Below the pieces are notes generated by a model. The model searched no databases. It was not told where the DNA came from and saw only the letters and a program-made list of their open reading frames with translations. Position numbers and translations under genes: made by a program. A stretch of DNA of 35,967 nucleotides, taken from assembly GCA_964343545.1 (NCBI GenBank), contig CAYFKX010000001.1, positions 1-35,967 of the forward strand, given 5' to 3'. Source of the stretch: an uncultured Bifidobacteriaceae bacterium (GTDB lineage: Bacteria > Actinomycetota > Actinomycetes > S36-B12 > UBA5976). Position 1 is the stretch's first letter. Each line of letters opens with the position of its first letter. This document shows, one piece after another, positions 18,005-27,834 of this stretch.

Positions 18005-20500
18005 TTACGCGCTGCCACGTACGTCCATGAGGGTTCCGGCTAAGTCATCGGGGCGAATCAACACCTCACGCGCTTTTGAACCTTCAGAGGGCCCCACAAT
18101 GCCGCGACTTTCCATCAGGTCCATCAGGCGCCCGGCTTTCGCAAAACCCACGCGCAGTTTTCGTTGCAGCATCGACGTGGAACCAAACTGCGTCCCCACG
18201 ACTAGTTCGATTGCCTGCAAAAGCAGATCGAGGTCATCGCCAATGTCAGCGTCAATCTCCCCGCCCGCGCGCACCGGCGCAATGACATCCTCACGATAGG
18301 CCGGAGCCCCTTGCGCACGACAGTGCGCGACGACCGCACGGATCTCGCTTTCGGGGATGAATGCGCCCTGGATGCGAATCGAACGCCCCGCACCCATCGG
18401 CAAGAACAGTCCATCACCTTGTCCAATCAACTTTTCTGCCCCTGGCTGATCCAAAATGACCCGGCTGTCCGTGACACTGGACGTAGCAAATGCCAAGCGG
18501 CTCGGCACATTGGCTTTGATCAGACCTGTGACCACATCCACGCTCGGGCGCTGGGTGGCCAGCACCAAGTGGATCCCTGCGGCGCGGGCGAGTTGGGTGA
18601 TACGCACGATTGCGTCTTCGACATCGCGCGGGGCGACCATCATGAGATCCGCGAGCTCGTCTACGACGACGAGAAGGTACGGATAAGGATGCAAGACCCG
18701 CTGGGAGCCAGCCGGGGGTTTGACAGTTCCGGCGCGGACCGCCTTGTTGAAGTCGTCGACGTGCTTGAAGCCGTACGTGTACAGGTCTTCGTAACGCAGG
18801 TCCATCTCGCGAACCACCCACGCCAGCGCATCCGCAGCTTTCTTCGGGTCGGTAATGATCGGCGTGATCAAGTGCGGCACACCTTCATAAAGGGCAAGTT
18901 CAACCCGCTTGGGGTCAACCAAGACCATCCGGACTTCGTCCGGTGTCGCACGCATGAGCACGCTCGTGATGAGCGCATTGATACAGCTGGACTTGCCCGA
19001 GCCAGTAGCGCCGGCGACCAGAACGTGCGGCATCTTGGCGACGTTGGCGCACACAAAGCCGCCCTCGACGTCCTTTCCGAGGCCAACAATCAGCGGGTGA
19101 AGGTCCGAGGTGGCGTTGCGGCTGCGAAGCACGTCGGCCAGCGACACGATCTCTCGGTCGGCATTGGGGATCTCAACGCCGATGGCGGACTTGCCAGGAA
19201 TTGGGGAGATGATGCGGACATCGGCACTTGCCACCGCGTACGCGATGTTCTTTGCCAACGCGGTCACCCGCTCAACTTTCACACCCGGACCGAGTTCGAC
19301 TTCATATCGAGTGACGGTCGGACCGCGCATAAAGCCAGTGACCTTGGCATCAACGGCGAACTCATCGAGCACGGCGGTCAACGACTGCACCACTTGATCG
19401 TTGACCTTTGTGCGCTCCTTGGCCGGGGGCCCAGCCTTCAGCAGTTCCGGAGCCGGCAGCAGGTAGTCGGCCCCGAGTTCCAACTGCTGCGAAGGCGCCC
19501 CCGTCACAGCACCAGCAGAGTGACCAGCAGTCCGCGTCGAATCAATGACAACCGGGATGACACCAGTGGCATCAGGGTCCACCGTGGCAATGGGTCCAGT
19601 GAGGTCGGGGTCATCGGCAACCATGCCAGTCGGGGCAAGCACCTCCGAGCGCGCATCGTCGGCTTCGTCGACGGAGCCAGCAGCGGAGTCAGAACCGTCA
19701 CCATCAGGACCGAAGTCGGGTGCCGGGTCATCATCAGCGACTGCGAGTACCTGTTCGAAAGGTTCGTCACCGACTCGCGGTCCGTCTTCGGCTGGGCCAT
19801 TTGGACGTAGTCGGCGTGCCTGTCCGCTGAGGAATCGAGCGGCGGCTGCGATGCGCGCAGGCACCTGCGCCACTGGCGTGCGTGTCAAAATGAGTAGACC
19901 AAACACTGCGAGCAGGCTCAACACCACGCACGACACTGGCACACCAAGTCCGGCACGCATCGGCACCGACACCAGATAGCCCAGCCAACCAGCTCCATCG
20001 CGCATAGCCGGCGCTCCATCCACTGGCTCGGCGATACCGCGTGCGATGTGCCACAGCCCACCTGCGCAGATGACCAGCGTCGTGCCGCCGATTGTGATTC
20101 GCCCGGTGCCCGCAGAATCCTCGGGATGGCGCAGCCAACGCCAGGACAGTCCGAGCCAGAACAGCGGCATCACCACACACAGACGGCCCAGACCTCCGAT
20201 GACGGTGAGGTCAATGAAGTTGCCGACGAAGCCGCGAGTGCCGAACCAGGTCGCCGCTGCGGTGACCACTGCCAGGACGAGGTAGACCAGTCCGCGGCCG
20301 TCGTGGCTGTGGGCAGGATCAAGACCTTGTGCGTCTGCGCTGACTCGGCGCACCACCCGCCCGAGTGCCGACGCCAGGCTGGCCCACACCCAAGCAATCG
20401 CCCGGCCGACTGCCCGAATTGCCCGTAGGACCGGGCCCGGAGCCGTGGATGTGCCACGTCGAGTTGCCGGCGCCTTGCGCGCAGGAGTCTTCGTGGCCAT
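18005..20500 (-). CDS. ftsK: DNA translocase FtsK
   Basis: N-terminal TM helices, an acidic/Pro-rich linker, the motor domain with VAGATGSGKSS (Walker A), and the gamma winged-helix STSMLQRKLRVGFAKAGRLMDLME. I prefer the start MATKTPARK at 20500; the longest ORF starts at 20557. Confidence 0.9.
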   Translation of the reverse strand: MATKTPARKAPATRRGTSTAPGPVLRAIRAVGRAIAWVWASLASALGRVVRRVSADAQGLDPAHSHDGRGLVYLVLAVVTAAATWFGTRGFVGNFIDLTVIGGLGRLCVVMPLFWLGLSWRWLRHPEDSAGTGRITIGGTTLVICAGGLWHIARGIAEPVDGAPAMRDGAGWLGYLVSVPMRAGLGVPVSCVVLSLLAVFGLLILTRTPVAQVPARIAAAARFLSGQARRLRPNGPAEDGPRVGDEPFEQVLAVADDDPAPDFGPDGDGSDSAAGSVDEADDARSEVLAPTGMVADDPDLTGPIATVDPDATGVIPVVIDSTRTAGHSAGAVTGAPSQQLELGADYLLPAPELLKAGPPAKERTKVNDQVVQSLTAVLDEFAVDAKVTGFMRGPTVTRYEVELGPGVKVERVTALAKNIAYAVASADVRIISPIPGKSAIGVEIPNADREIVSLADVLRSRNATSDLHPLIVGLGKDVEGGFVCANVAKMPHVLVAGATGSGKSSCINALITSVLMRATPDEVRMVLVDPKRVELALYEGVPHLITPIITDPKKAADALAWVVREMDLRYEDLYTYGFKHVDDFNKAVRAGTVKPPAGSQRVLHPYPYLLVVVDELADLMMVAPRDVEDAIVRITQLARAAGIHLVLATQRPSVDVVTGLIKANVPSRLAFATSSVTDSRVILDQPGAEKLIGQGDGLFLPMGAGRSIRIQGAFIPESEIRAVVAHCRAQGAPAYREDVIAPVRAGGEIDADIGDDLDLLLQAIELVVGTQFGSTSMLQRKLRVGFAKAGRLMDLMESRGIVGPSEGSKAREVLIRPDDLAGTLMDVRGSA

Positions 20501-20575
20501 AACCGCTAAAAATACGGCGCATACGGGGGCTTCGCGGCGGCCACACGCCGTGAGCACCTAGCCAGATGGGCGAAC

Positions 20576-22261
20576 TCAGACCTCGATGACCATCGGCACG
20601 ATCATCGGCTTACGCCGCAGCTTCTTGCCGACCCACGAACCGAGGGTGCGGCGCACTATCTGCGACAGTTCGAAGCGATCGGTGACACCACGACGCAGGG
20701 CGTCTTCGACCGCAGCCTGAATCTGTGGCACGACCTCGTCGAAGACGTGGTCGCCTTCAGCACTTCCCCGTGAATGGATGTCCGGCCCGGCCACAACCTT
20801 TGACGTCACCACATCCACAACCACGACCACCGACACGAACCCCTCGTCACCGAGAATGCGGCGGTCCTTCAAGTCTGCGTCCGTCAGGGCGCCGACACTG
20901 GAGCCGTCGACGTACACATAGCCACACGGCACATAGCCACTGATGCTGGCCACGCCGTCCACGAGGTCCACAGCAACCCCGTCCTCTGCCAGGACCACCC
21001 GATCACTTGGCACACCGGTGCGTATCGCGACCTGCGCCTGCGCTCGCAGGTGCCGCCACTCCCCGTGCACTGGAAGGACGTTGCGCGGTTTCACGATGTT
21101 GTACAAGTACGTCAACTCGCCTTGAGCGGCATGCCCGGATACGTGCACAAGGGCGTTGCCCTTGTGCACCACTCGCGCACCCCACTTGGTCAGCCCGTTG
21201 ATGACGTGGTTGACCGCGTTCTCATTGCCTGGAATCAGCGACGACGCGAGCACCACAGTGTCGCCGTCGCCAACCTCGATGGCGTGGTTGCGGTTAGCAA
21301 TCCGGGAGAGAACCGCCATCGGCTCGCCCTGGGAGCCCGTGCAGATGAGGACGACTTCGTCATCAGGTAGATGGATGATGTCCTCAGATGAGATGAGTGC
21401 CCCGTCAGGCAAATGCAAGAAGCCCAGGTCGCGGGCCACAGCCATATTGCGCAACATCGAACGACCAACCAATGCCACCTTGCGCCCATGCAGCACCGCG
21501 GCATTGATGATTTGCTGCACGCGGTGTACGTGGGATGCGAAACACGCGACAATCACCCGACCTTCAGCCCGAGCAAAGACCGAATCAATGACCGGTTCAA
21601 TGTCGCGCTCGCTGGTCACGAAACCAGGAACTTCGGCATTAGTCGAGTCGACCATAAGCAAGTCGACGCCGGCGTCGCCTAGGCGGGCAAACGCATTCAG
21701 GTCGGTGATGCGACCGTCAAGCGGGAGCTGGTCCATCTTGAAGTCCCCGGTATGCAGCACAACCCCAGCCGTGGTGCGTACGGCGACGGCCAAAGCATCC
21801 GGGATGGAGTGGTTGACGGCGATGAACTCGCATTCAAACGGCCCGAACTTCTGAACGTGACCCTCGGCCACCTGCACCGTGCGCGCAGTGATGCGATGCT
21901 CTGCGAGCTTGGCCTCCACGAGCGCCAAGGTGAGCCTGGATGCCACCAGTGGCAGGTCTTGGCGCAGTCGCAGCAGGTAAGGCACGGCTCCGATGTGGTC
22001 TTCGTGCCCATGGGTGAGGATGACCGCCTCGACCTCGTCCAAGCGGTCTTCGTAGGCGCGAAAGTCCGGCAAGATGAGGTCAACACCGGGCTGGGACTCC
22101 TCCGGGAACAGCACCCCGCAGTCGATGATGAGTAGTCGACCATGGTGCTCCAGCACCGCCATGTTGCGCCCGATGTCCCCCAGTCCGCCCAACGCGACCA
22201 CGCGCAGGCCATCCCGAACCAACGGGGCCGGTGCGCTCAACTCAGGATGTGCATGGCTCAC
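20576..22261 (-). CDS. rnj: Ribonuclease J
   Basis: 561 aa with the metallo-beta-lactamase motif THGHEDHIG, a beta-CASP domain and the RNase J C-terminal domain. The GTG start overlaps the dapA stop (GTGA). Confidence 0.9.
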   Translation of the reverse strand: MSHAHPELSAPAPLVRDGLRVVALGGLGDIGRNMAVLEHHGRLLIIDCGVLFPEESQPGVDLILPDFRAYEDRLDEVEAVILTHGHEDHIGAVPYLLRLRQDLPLVASRLTLALVEAKLAEHRITARTVQVAEGHVQKFGPFECEFIAVNHSIPDALAVAVRTTAGVVLHTGDFKMDQLPLDGRITDLNAFARLGDAGVDLLMVDSTNAEVPGFVTSERDIEPVIDSVFARAEGRVIVACFASHVHRVQQIINAAVLHGRKVALVGRSMLRNMAVARDLGFLHLPDGALISSEDIIHLPDDEVVLICTGSQGEPMAVLSRIANRNHAIEVGDGDTVVLASSLIPGNENAVNHVINGLTKWGARVVHKGNALVHVSGHAAQGELTYLYNIVKPRNVLPVHGEWRHLRAQAQVAIRTGVPSDRVVLAEDGVAVDLVDGVASISGYVPCGYVYVDGSSVGALTDADLKDRRILGDEGFVSVVVVVDVVTSKVVAGPDIHSRGSAEGDHVFDEVVPQIQAAVEDALRRGVTDRFELSQIVRRTLGSWVGKKLRRKPMIVPMVIEV

Positions 22262-23154
22262 AACGTCACACCCCCTGCCAGCAAGTCTTCGCGCAACTGG
22301 TCAACTTGCATTGGCGTTGCAGGTACCAATGGCAACCGCACTCCACCCACCGGCTGACCAAGCATGGCCAATGCTGCTTTGGTCAAGATCACGCCTTGAG
22401 TCCGGAACATGCCCGTGAACACCGGCAGCAGGCTGTCGTGGATTTCTTGGGCGCGCGACTGCTCGCCACTGTCATATGCAGCAATCATCTCCGCAATTCG
22501 GCGACCGACGATGTGCCCGACGACTGACACCACGCCAACTGCACCGACGCGCAACAAGTCCAGCGTCAAGATGTCGTCTCCTGAGTACCAGGGCAGGCCG
22601 GTGTCGGCGATGACCGCCTCGGCCGCTGCAACGTCCCCTTTGGCGTCCTTGTTCGCCACGATGCGCGGGTGCTGCGCAAGCACGGCGAAAGTCTGCGGCT
22701 CGATTGCGACCGCCGTCCGGCCAGGGATGTCATAGAGCATCACTGGTAAGTCGGTCGCATCAGCAATTGCGGTGAAGTGTGCAATCAGCCCGGTCTGCGG
22801 TGGCTTGCTGTAGTAGGGCGTGACGACAAGCAGACCAGTGGCTCCTGCTTGCTTTGCGGCGTGTGCGAGCTCGACGGAGTGGCGGGTGTCATTGGTGCCG
22901 ACCCCAGCGAGCACATGAGCCTGCCCCGCGACTGCAGCACAGACGGTTTGCACCAGCTGCGACTTCTCCGAGTCAGTGGTCGTGGGCGACTCCCCAGTCG
23001 TGCCGTTGACAATGAGGCCGTCGTGGCCCTGCGCCACCAACAACCGAGCCAGTTCCGCTGCTCGCACGTAATCGACAGAACCGTCATCAGCGAATGGGGT
23101 CACCATCGCCGTCAACAGCGTGCCAAACGGCCGCTGCGGGCTGCTGTTCATCAT
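22258..23154 (-). CDS. dapA: 4-hydroxy-tetrahydrodipicolinate synthase
   Basis: 298 aa. FGTLLTAMVTPF...VNGTTGESPT...VVTPYYSKP is the DapA family pattern. Conserved thyX-dapA-rnj synteny. Confidence 0.9.
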   Translation of the reverse strand: MMNSSPQRPFGTLLTAMVTPFADDGSVDYVRAAELARLLVAQGHDGLIVNGTTGESPTTTDSEKSQLVQTVCAAVAGQAHVLAGVGTNDTRHSVELAHAAKQAGATGLLVVTPYYSKPPQTGLIAHFTAIADATDLPVMLYDIPGRTAVAIEPQTFAVLAQHPRIVANKDAKGDVAAAEAVIADTGLPWYSGDDILTLDLLRVGAVGVVSVVGHIVGRRIAEMIAAYDSGEQSRAQEIHDSLLPVFTGMFRTQGVILTKAALAMLGQPVGGVRLPLVPATPMQVDQLREDLLAGGVTL

Positions 23155-23165
23155 CAGTACCTCCC

Positions 23166-23948
23166 TCAGGGAGCGACCCGGCCATTCGCGACAAAGGCGG
23201 CGTGCGTCAAAGGCATCAACGCTTGCCAGGCTTCCTCGTACTTCTCGGCCACCATCTCAATTTCTCGCTGGGGGAAGGATGGGAAACGCGAGTCCGGTGA
23301 GGAGCGTCGCAATGACAGGAAGTTCATCATTGCGCGGGCGTTCATGGTGACGTACGCCGAGGAGTAGATCGTGACTGGCAGCACGATACGCGCAACTTCA
23401 CGCGCGACACCTTCATCCAACATTCGCTGGTAAGCGGCGTATGCCTGCTCACATGAAGTGCGAGTTGCGGCGACGACGGTGTCGTGCTGCTCTGTCGTAC
23501 CTGCTATGAATTCGTAGGCCCCGGCCTTGCCGACCTGCACGAGAGGACGCTCGGGCGCGGGACAATAGAAGACCGGCTCGAGCACTTTGTAGCGGCCGCT
23601 CTCTTCGTTGTAGGACGCAATGCGGTGTCGGAAGTGCTCGCGCCAGACGAAAATCGGGGCGCTCACGAAGAAGGTCATGACCGAGTGCTCGAATGGCGAG
23701 CCGTGACGGTCGCGCATGAGGTAGTTAATGAGCCCAGCACTGCGACCAGCATCGGCGTTGATGTCATCAAGTGACTGCTCGCCTTTGGTGGACACACGCG
23801 CCGCCCAGATGACATCGGCATCGCTGGCCGCGTGCTTGATTAACTCCACGGTCACGTCATCGCGGAATCGAATCGAGTCGCCACTCGCACCGGAGTTGTT
23901 CTCGGCAGCTGCGGTTCGCGGCGTGTCAAGGTCAGAGTTAGCGGTCAC
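23166..23948 (-). CDS. thyX: FAD-dependent thymidylate synthase ThyX
   Basis: The ThyX signature RHRIASYNEESGRY (RHRxxSxxxxSxR) is present. 260 aa. Confidence 0.9.
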   Translation of the reverse strand: MTANSDLDTPRTAAAENNSGASGDSIRFRDDVTVELIKHAASDADVIWAARVSTKGEQSLDDINADAGRSAGLINYLMRDRHGSPFEHSVMTFFVSAPIFVWREHFRHRIASYNEESGRYKVLEPVFYCPAPERPLVQVGKAGAYEFIAGTTEQHDTVVAATRTSCEQAYAAYQRMLDEGVAREVARIVLPVTIYSSAYVTMNARAMMNFLSLRRSSPDSRFPSFPQREIEMVAEKYEEAWQALMPLTHAAFVANGRVAP

Positions 23949-24023
23949 AGGGCGACCCTATCCAGCGATCTGGGCTGCGCGGTTGAACCCGAGTGGACAC
24001 GACCATCGGCTACCGTAGGTGGC

Positions 24024-24314
24024 ATGTGCGGGTGCATCGTCGTGGCTATCGGCCTGACCGCGCCGCGCTTTGCGCTGGTCCTGCTCGCGCTGCTCAACGA
24101 CAAGATCTCCGCCGCGTTCAACGGCGGGTTGCTCCTGCCATTTCTTGGCTGGCTGCTGTTGCCGTACTCGACGCTGACCTACGTGTGTATCCACTGGTGG
24201 ACCGGCCAGGTGGCCGGATTTTCCTGGCTGTTTGTGGTGCTGGCGTTCCTGGTGGACCTCGGTGCCTACGGCGGCGGCTGGTCCAGTCGCGACCGGTTGA
24301 CCTTGCGCGCATGA
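24024..24314 (+). CDS. Small hypothetical membrane protein (about 3 TM helices)
   Basis: 96 aa, hydrophobic (CIVVAIGLTAPRFALVLLALL, LLLPFLGWLLLPY, FSWLFVVLAFLVDLGAY). Its stop overlaps the next gene's start (ATGA). I recognise no family. Confidence 0.5.
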   Translation: MCGCIVVAIGLTAPRFALVLLALLNDKISAAFNGGLLLPFLGWLLLPYSTLTYVCIHWWTGQVAGFSWLFVVLAFLVDLGAYGGGWSSRDRLTLRA

Positions 24315-24946
24315 CCGCTGGCTTTGTCCGCCCGGCCCGCTTGCTGGACGCTGATGCCATCGTGTCAGCAGCGTTGGCCGCCTGGAGCCAGATGCCCTGG
24401 CTATCCCTAGGCCAGGAATCTGCCGTCTCCGATGAGATGAGTGCGCAGTGGCAGTCGCTGTTGCACACAATGGGCAATGCCCCATCGACGACATCGGAGC
24501 AATCGATGCTGCCTGACGGCGGCGCAACGTTGGCTCCCGTGCCTGACGCCGCTGTCCTGGTTGCGACCGAGACAAACGACCACGTCATCGGCTGGCTGCT
24601 GCTGTCCGCAGCGGACGACTCCTTGCCTGGCGGGGTGTGCGAGGTGCTGGATCTCGTCGTTGCTCCTGAACACCAGCGCCAAGGACACGGCAGCCGGTTG
24701 ATGCATGCTGCCGCGGATACTGCCCGCCAGCGCGGCGCTGCCTGGCTGTGCACCTGGTGCCCACTGCCTGATGAGCCTCGTCGCGCCTTTCTTATCGCCC
24801 ATGGTTTCGCCCCGGATGGTGCAGTCCGCGATCTGGTAGGCGGTGACTCGAGCACTGAGGCTCTGTCGGGTGAGCCATCTGAGCAAGACATCATGTTGCG
24901 TGAAGTCCGACTCATCGCCAACCTCGGCGCAGACGAGGATCGCTAA
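24311..24946 (+). CDS. GNAT-family N-acetyltransferase
   Basis: Acetyl-CoA binding motif A, LDLVVAPEHQRQGHGSRLMHAA. The start MTAGFVRPARLLDADAI at 24311 is coupled by ATGA to the upstream ORF. The longer tracked ORF (23993) is rejected as an out-of-context extension. Confidence 0.75.
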   Translation: MTAGFVRPARLLDADAIVSAALAAWSQMPWLSLGQESAVSDEMSAQWQSLLHTMGNAPSTTSEQSMLPDGGATLAPVPDAAVLVATETNDHVIGWLLLSAADDSLPGGVCEVLDLVVAPEHQRQGHGSRLMHAAADTARQRGAAWLCTWCPLPDEPRRAFLIAHGFAPDGAVRDLVGGDSSTEALSGEPSEQDIMLREVRLIANLGADEDR

Positions 24947-25668
24947 TGCCGTTGGAGCGCAATCGGCGGCGAAGCATCATTCGCGACTCGGTGGGCGTGG
25001 GTTTGGCTGTCGGTGCCTACGCAATCAGCTTCGGCGCTCTCGGGACCACCAACGGCCTCAGCATCCTGCAGACGCAGTTGCTCTCGTTGGTGTTATTCAG
25101 CGGCGCCTCCCAGTTCGCGGTCGTGAGCATCATCGGTGCCGGCGGCAGTCCTGCGTCGGCCATCGCTGCGGCCGCACTGCTGGGCATGCGCAACGGTCTC
25201 TACGCGCTGCGCATGAGTTCACTGCTGCAACCAAAGGGCTGGCGACGCTGGGCGACAGCGCATGTCACCATCGATGAGTCCACGGCCATGGGGCTGGCCC
25301 AGGAACGTGGCGACCACGAGGACCGCGCGGCCATCGCGACCGGATTCTGGGCCACTGGTCTCAGCGTGTTTGTGCTCTGGAACACCTTCACCTTCATCGG
25401 GGCGGCGGCCGCCTCGCACATCGCCGACCCCAGGGACTTCGGGCTCGACGCGGCGATACCCGCCGGGTTCGCTGCACTCATTGCCCCGCGGTTGACCAGC
25501 GGACTGACCCGCCGACTCGCACTGACGTGTGCCGTCGCAGCGGTTGCCGTGGCCACTGTGGTGCCCCCTGGCGTGCCGGTGCTGGTCGCGGCCAGCATCG
25601 CGCTCGTAGCTGCGATCGTTACCAGTCGGCGCGAGTCGTCGTTGTCCACGGCTACAGGGGCATCATGA
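24946..25668 (+). CDS. azlC: AzlC-family branched-chain amino acid exporter subunit
   Basis: GLAVGAYAISFGALGTTNGLSILQTQLLSLVLFSGASQFA is typical of AzlC. Its ATG shares one nucleotide with the GNAT TAA (TAATG). Confidence 0.85.
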   Translation: MPLERNRRRSIIRDSVGVGLAVGAYAISFGALGTTNGLSILQTQLLSLVLFSGASQFAVVSIIGAGGSPASAIAAAALLGMRNGLYALRMSSLLQPKGWRRWATAHVTIDESTAMGLAQERGDHEDRAAIATGFWATGLSVFVLWNTFTFIGAAAASHIADPRDFGLDAAIPAGFAALIAPRLTSGLTRRLALTCAVAAVAVATVVPPGVPVLVAASIALVAAIVTSRRESSLSTATGAS

Positions 25669-25982
25669 ACGGTATCTGGGTCGCGGTCCTCGGGTCGTCC
25701 GCAGTCGCCTATGCCCTCAAAGCATCCGGTTACGTCGTGCCTCAGCGCCTGCTAGACAAACCTCTTGTGCGTGCGGCAGCCGCACTGTTCCCCGTGGCGT
25801 TGCTCAGCGCGTTGCTCGGCCTGCAGACGCTCATGAGCAAGACCCACTTTCACGTTGACGCCCGGGTGCCGGCGGTAGCCGTCGCATTGATCGCGCTTCG
25901 CCTGCGGTGGCCCTTTCTCGCGGTGGTTGCGGTGGCTGCGGCAGTTGCCGCACTTGTCCGCGCACTGGGTTGGATGTCCTAG
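25665..25982 (+). CDS. azlD: AzlD-family small membrane subunit
   Basis: 105 aa, MNGIWVAVLGSSAVAYALKASGYVVPQRLL, about 3-4 TM helices. ATGA overlap with the azlC stop. Confidence 0.8.
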   Translation: MNGIWVAVLGSSAVAYALKASGYVVPQRLLDKPLVRAAAALFPVALLSALLGLQTLMSKTHFHVDARVPAVAVALIALRLRWPFLAVVAVAAAVAALVRALGWMS

Positions 25983-26044
25983 TTCGGTCACGCTGCCTCG
26001 GGGTCGTGCAGTCCAACCGGTGCGCTCGGAAACGTGCAGTCTTC

Positions 26045-27049
26045 CTAGGGCATCCCCAGCGCTTGTGTGATCACGTAGAAAATGCCAGCACATGCTGCTG
26101 CCGCTGGCAGGGTGAGCACCCAGGCTGTGAGGATGTTGCCAACCACCCGCCAGCGAACCCATTTGCGTCCGCGCGTTGAGCCGGCGCCGAGAATCGACGA
26201 TGTGATCGTGTGCGTGGTCGAGATTGGCGCCTTCAAGTGGATCGCCATGTAGTACAGCACCGTCGAGGCAACCATCTGCGATGCCAAACCACGCACCGGG
26301 TTCATCTCAATCATCCGCTTACCCAAGGTCTTCATGATGCGCCAGCCACCGGCATACGTGCCGAGGGAAATCGCGAGCGCCGCAGCAACCTTGACCCAGC
26401 CGGGGATCGAGTCACCAGAGTGGTAGCCGCCAGCCACCAGCGCCAGCGTCATCACACCCATGGTCTTCTGCGCATCTTGTAGACCGTGGCCGACGGCCAT
26501 CGCTCCGGACGCCGCTGCCTGCCCGAACTTGAACCCGCGTCCGACGGTGGACTTGCGCGAGTTACGGAACAGGAACTGAATGAGCAGCGTGAGCAAATAC
26601 GCGGCGAAGAACCCGACGAGTGGCGACAGCACCATCGGCTTCAGGACTTTCTCAACCACCCCGGTCCACTGCACCGCCTGTGAGCCAGCAAGTGCCGCGC
26701 CGACAAGACCGCCAATGAGTGCGTGCGAGGACGACGACGGCAGGCCGAACCACCACGTGATGAGGTTCCAGGTGATGGCCCCGAGCAACGCAGCCATCAC
26801 CACTGTGAGACCACCGTGGGAGGTGTCTACGGAGATGATGCCCTTGCCGACCGTCTTGGCCACGCCCTCGCTAAGGAACGCGCCCACCAAGTTTCCGAGC
26901 GCAGCGACGACTAGCGCGGTGCGCGCACTCAATGCCTTCGTGGCAACCGATGTGGCAATCGCATTCGCCGCATCATGGAAGCCGTTCGTGTAGTCGAATA
27001 CCAACGCCACCGCAATGATCGCGATGACGAGCAACAGACCGCCATCCAC
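26045..27049 (-). CDS. pit: PiT-family inorganic phosphate transporter
   Basis: 334 aa and polytopic, with the N-terminal PiT signature YTNGFHDAANAIATSV. Paired with an upstream DUF47 gene, as in the classical pit accessory arrangement. Confidence 0.9.
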   Translation of the reverse strand: MDGGLLLVIAIIAVALVFDYTNGFHDAANAIATSVATKALSARTALVVAALGNLVGAFLSEGVAKTVGKGIISVDTSHGGLTVVMAALLGAITWNLITWWFGLPSSSSHALIGGLVGAALAGSQAVQWTGVVEKVLKPMVLSPLVGFFAAYLLTLLIQFLFRNSRKSTVGRGFKFGQAAASGAMAVGHGLQDAQKTMGVMTLALVAGGYHSGDSIPGWVKVAAALAISLGTYAGGWRIMKTLGKRMIEMNPVRGLASQMVASTVLYYMAIHLKAPISTTHTITSSILGAGSTRGRKWVRWRVVGNILTAWVLTLPAAAACAGIFYVITQALGMP

Positions 27050-27052
27050 CGG

Positions 27053-27667
27053 TCAGGACTCCTTGATGGCGATGGTGCGCACAACCCGGGCGACTCGAGC
27101 CATCTCGTCGATGGACTCTTCGAGTTGGTCGATGACCCCTTGGATGCGCAAGACGTTCATTGCGTCGAAGGTGCCACTGAACAGCAAGGCCGTGAGTCGA
27201 CGGTGAATACGGTCGCCCTGGTCCTCAATCTTGTCGGCCTCGTCGTAGTAGTGCTTCAGGTCCTTGAGAGTGCGCAGTCGAGGCATGGAGACTGCGGTCA
27301 ACTCGGCCATACGTCGCACTACCTCCGCTAACTCCGCGGTGCCGGCCGGGAAGTCACCGACCGCGTGCAGCACCGCGAGGTCGGTGGCAGCCTCGAGCGC
27401 ATCCATTGCGTCGTCGAGGTAGTTGGCAAGATCCTGTAGGTCGCCTCGGTCGTAGGGCGTGATGAACATGTCGTCCACTCGACGGATGATTGAGGTGAGC
27501 AGCTCATCTGCCTCGGTCTCCAGGCTCGACACGTTGGCCGCGAGTTCGGGCCGCTGGTCCGGCTGTGCTGCGACGAGTTCGCACGTCAGGCGGGCACCAG
27601 CAGCGATGCGCTCAGCCAAGGATGTATAGAGATCGAAAAGCACGGTGTCTTTCGGCGTGAGCGCCAT
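27053..27667 (-). CDS. DUF47-family (PhoU-like) Pit accessory protein
   Basis: 204 aa and helical, with LETEADELLTSIIRRVDDMFITPYDRGDLQDLANYLDDAMD. Its stop is 3 nt before the pit start. Confidence 0.85.
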   Translation of the reverse strand: MALTPKDTVLFDLYTSLAERIAAGARLTCELVAAQPDQRPELAANVSSLETEADELLTSIIRRVDDMFITPYDRGDLQDLANYLDDAMDALEAATDLAVLHAVGDFPAGTAELAEVVRRMAELTAVSMPRLRTLKDLKHYYDEADKIEDQGDRIHRRLTALLFSGTFDAMNVLRIQGVIDQLEESIDEMARVARVVRTIAIKES

Positions 27668-27790
27668 GGGATTGCCGCCTTCAGTCGGGGATTCACGTGA
27701 CTACTGCGGGGGAAGTCCCACGCGGGTGGGCGGGCACAAACTAACGGAGACTGAACAGCGGACAAACTCGACCCTGCGTGTCGCGTGGTT

Positions 27791-27834
27791 GTTCACCGAC
27801 TGTTCACTTAGCAGACGGTGTGCGTTCAAGTTGG
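27791..27834 (+). promoter_or_regulatory. PHO-box-like 11-nt phased direct repeats (PhoP/RegX3-type response-regulator site) upstream of DUF47-pit
   Basis: GTTCACCgact (27791), GTTCACTtagc (27802), a weak unit at 27813, and GTTCAAGttgg (27824). All are in 11-nt register. They lie 124-167 nt upstream of the DUF47 ATG and just downstream of the dapB stop. Confidence 0.5.

Noticed and set aside
18311-19810. 499-aa ORF antisense to ftsK. Similar long antisense or shadow ORFs occur at 29779..31119, 33228..34169, 5959..6843, 24118..24921, 2682..3488 and 12875..13576.
   Set aside because: All lie fully inside strongly supported genes on the other strand or frame. Their compositions are Arg/His/Gly/Pro-biased and they carry no recognisable motifs. 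Such ORFs are expected in a GC-rich genome where stop codons are rare.
25983-26044. Direct repeat CGTGCAGTC x2 between the convergent azlD and pit genes, as a possible terminator or repeat element
   Set aside because: It is only 9 nt and in direct orientation. No stable hairpin could be drawn and there are no further copies in the window.
27693-27700. Perfect 8-bp palindrome TCACGTGA in the DUF47-pit leader
   Set aside because: 8-bp palindromes are expected many times by chance in 36 kb. There is no extended dyad and no second copy.
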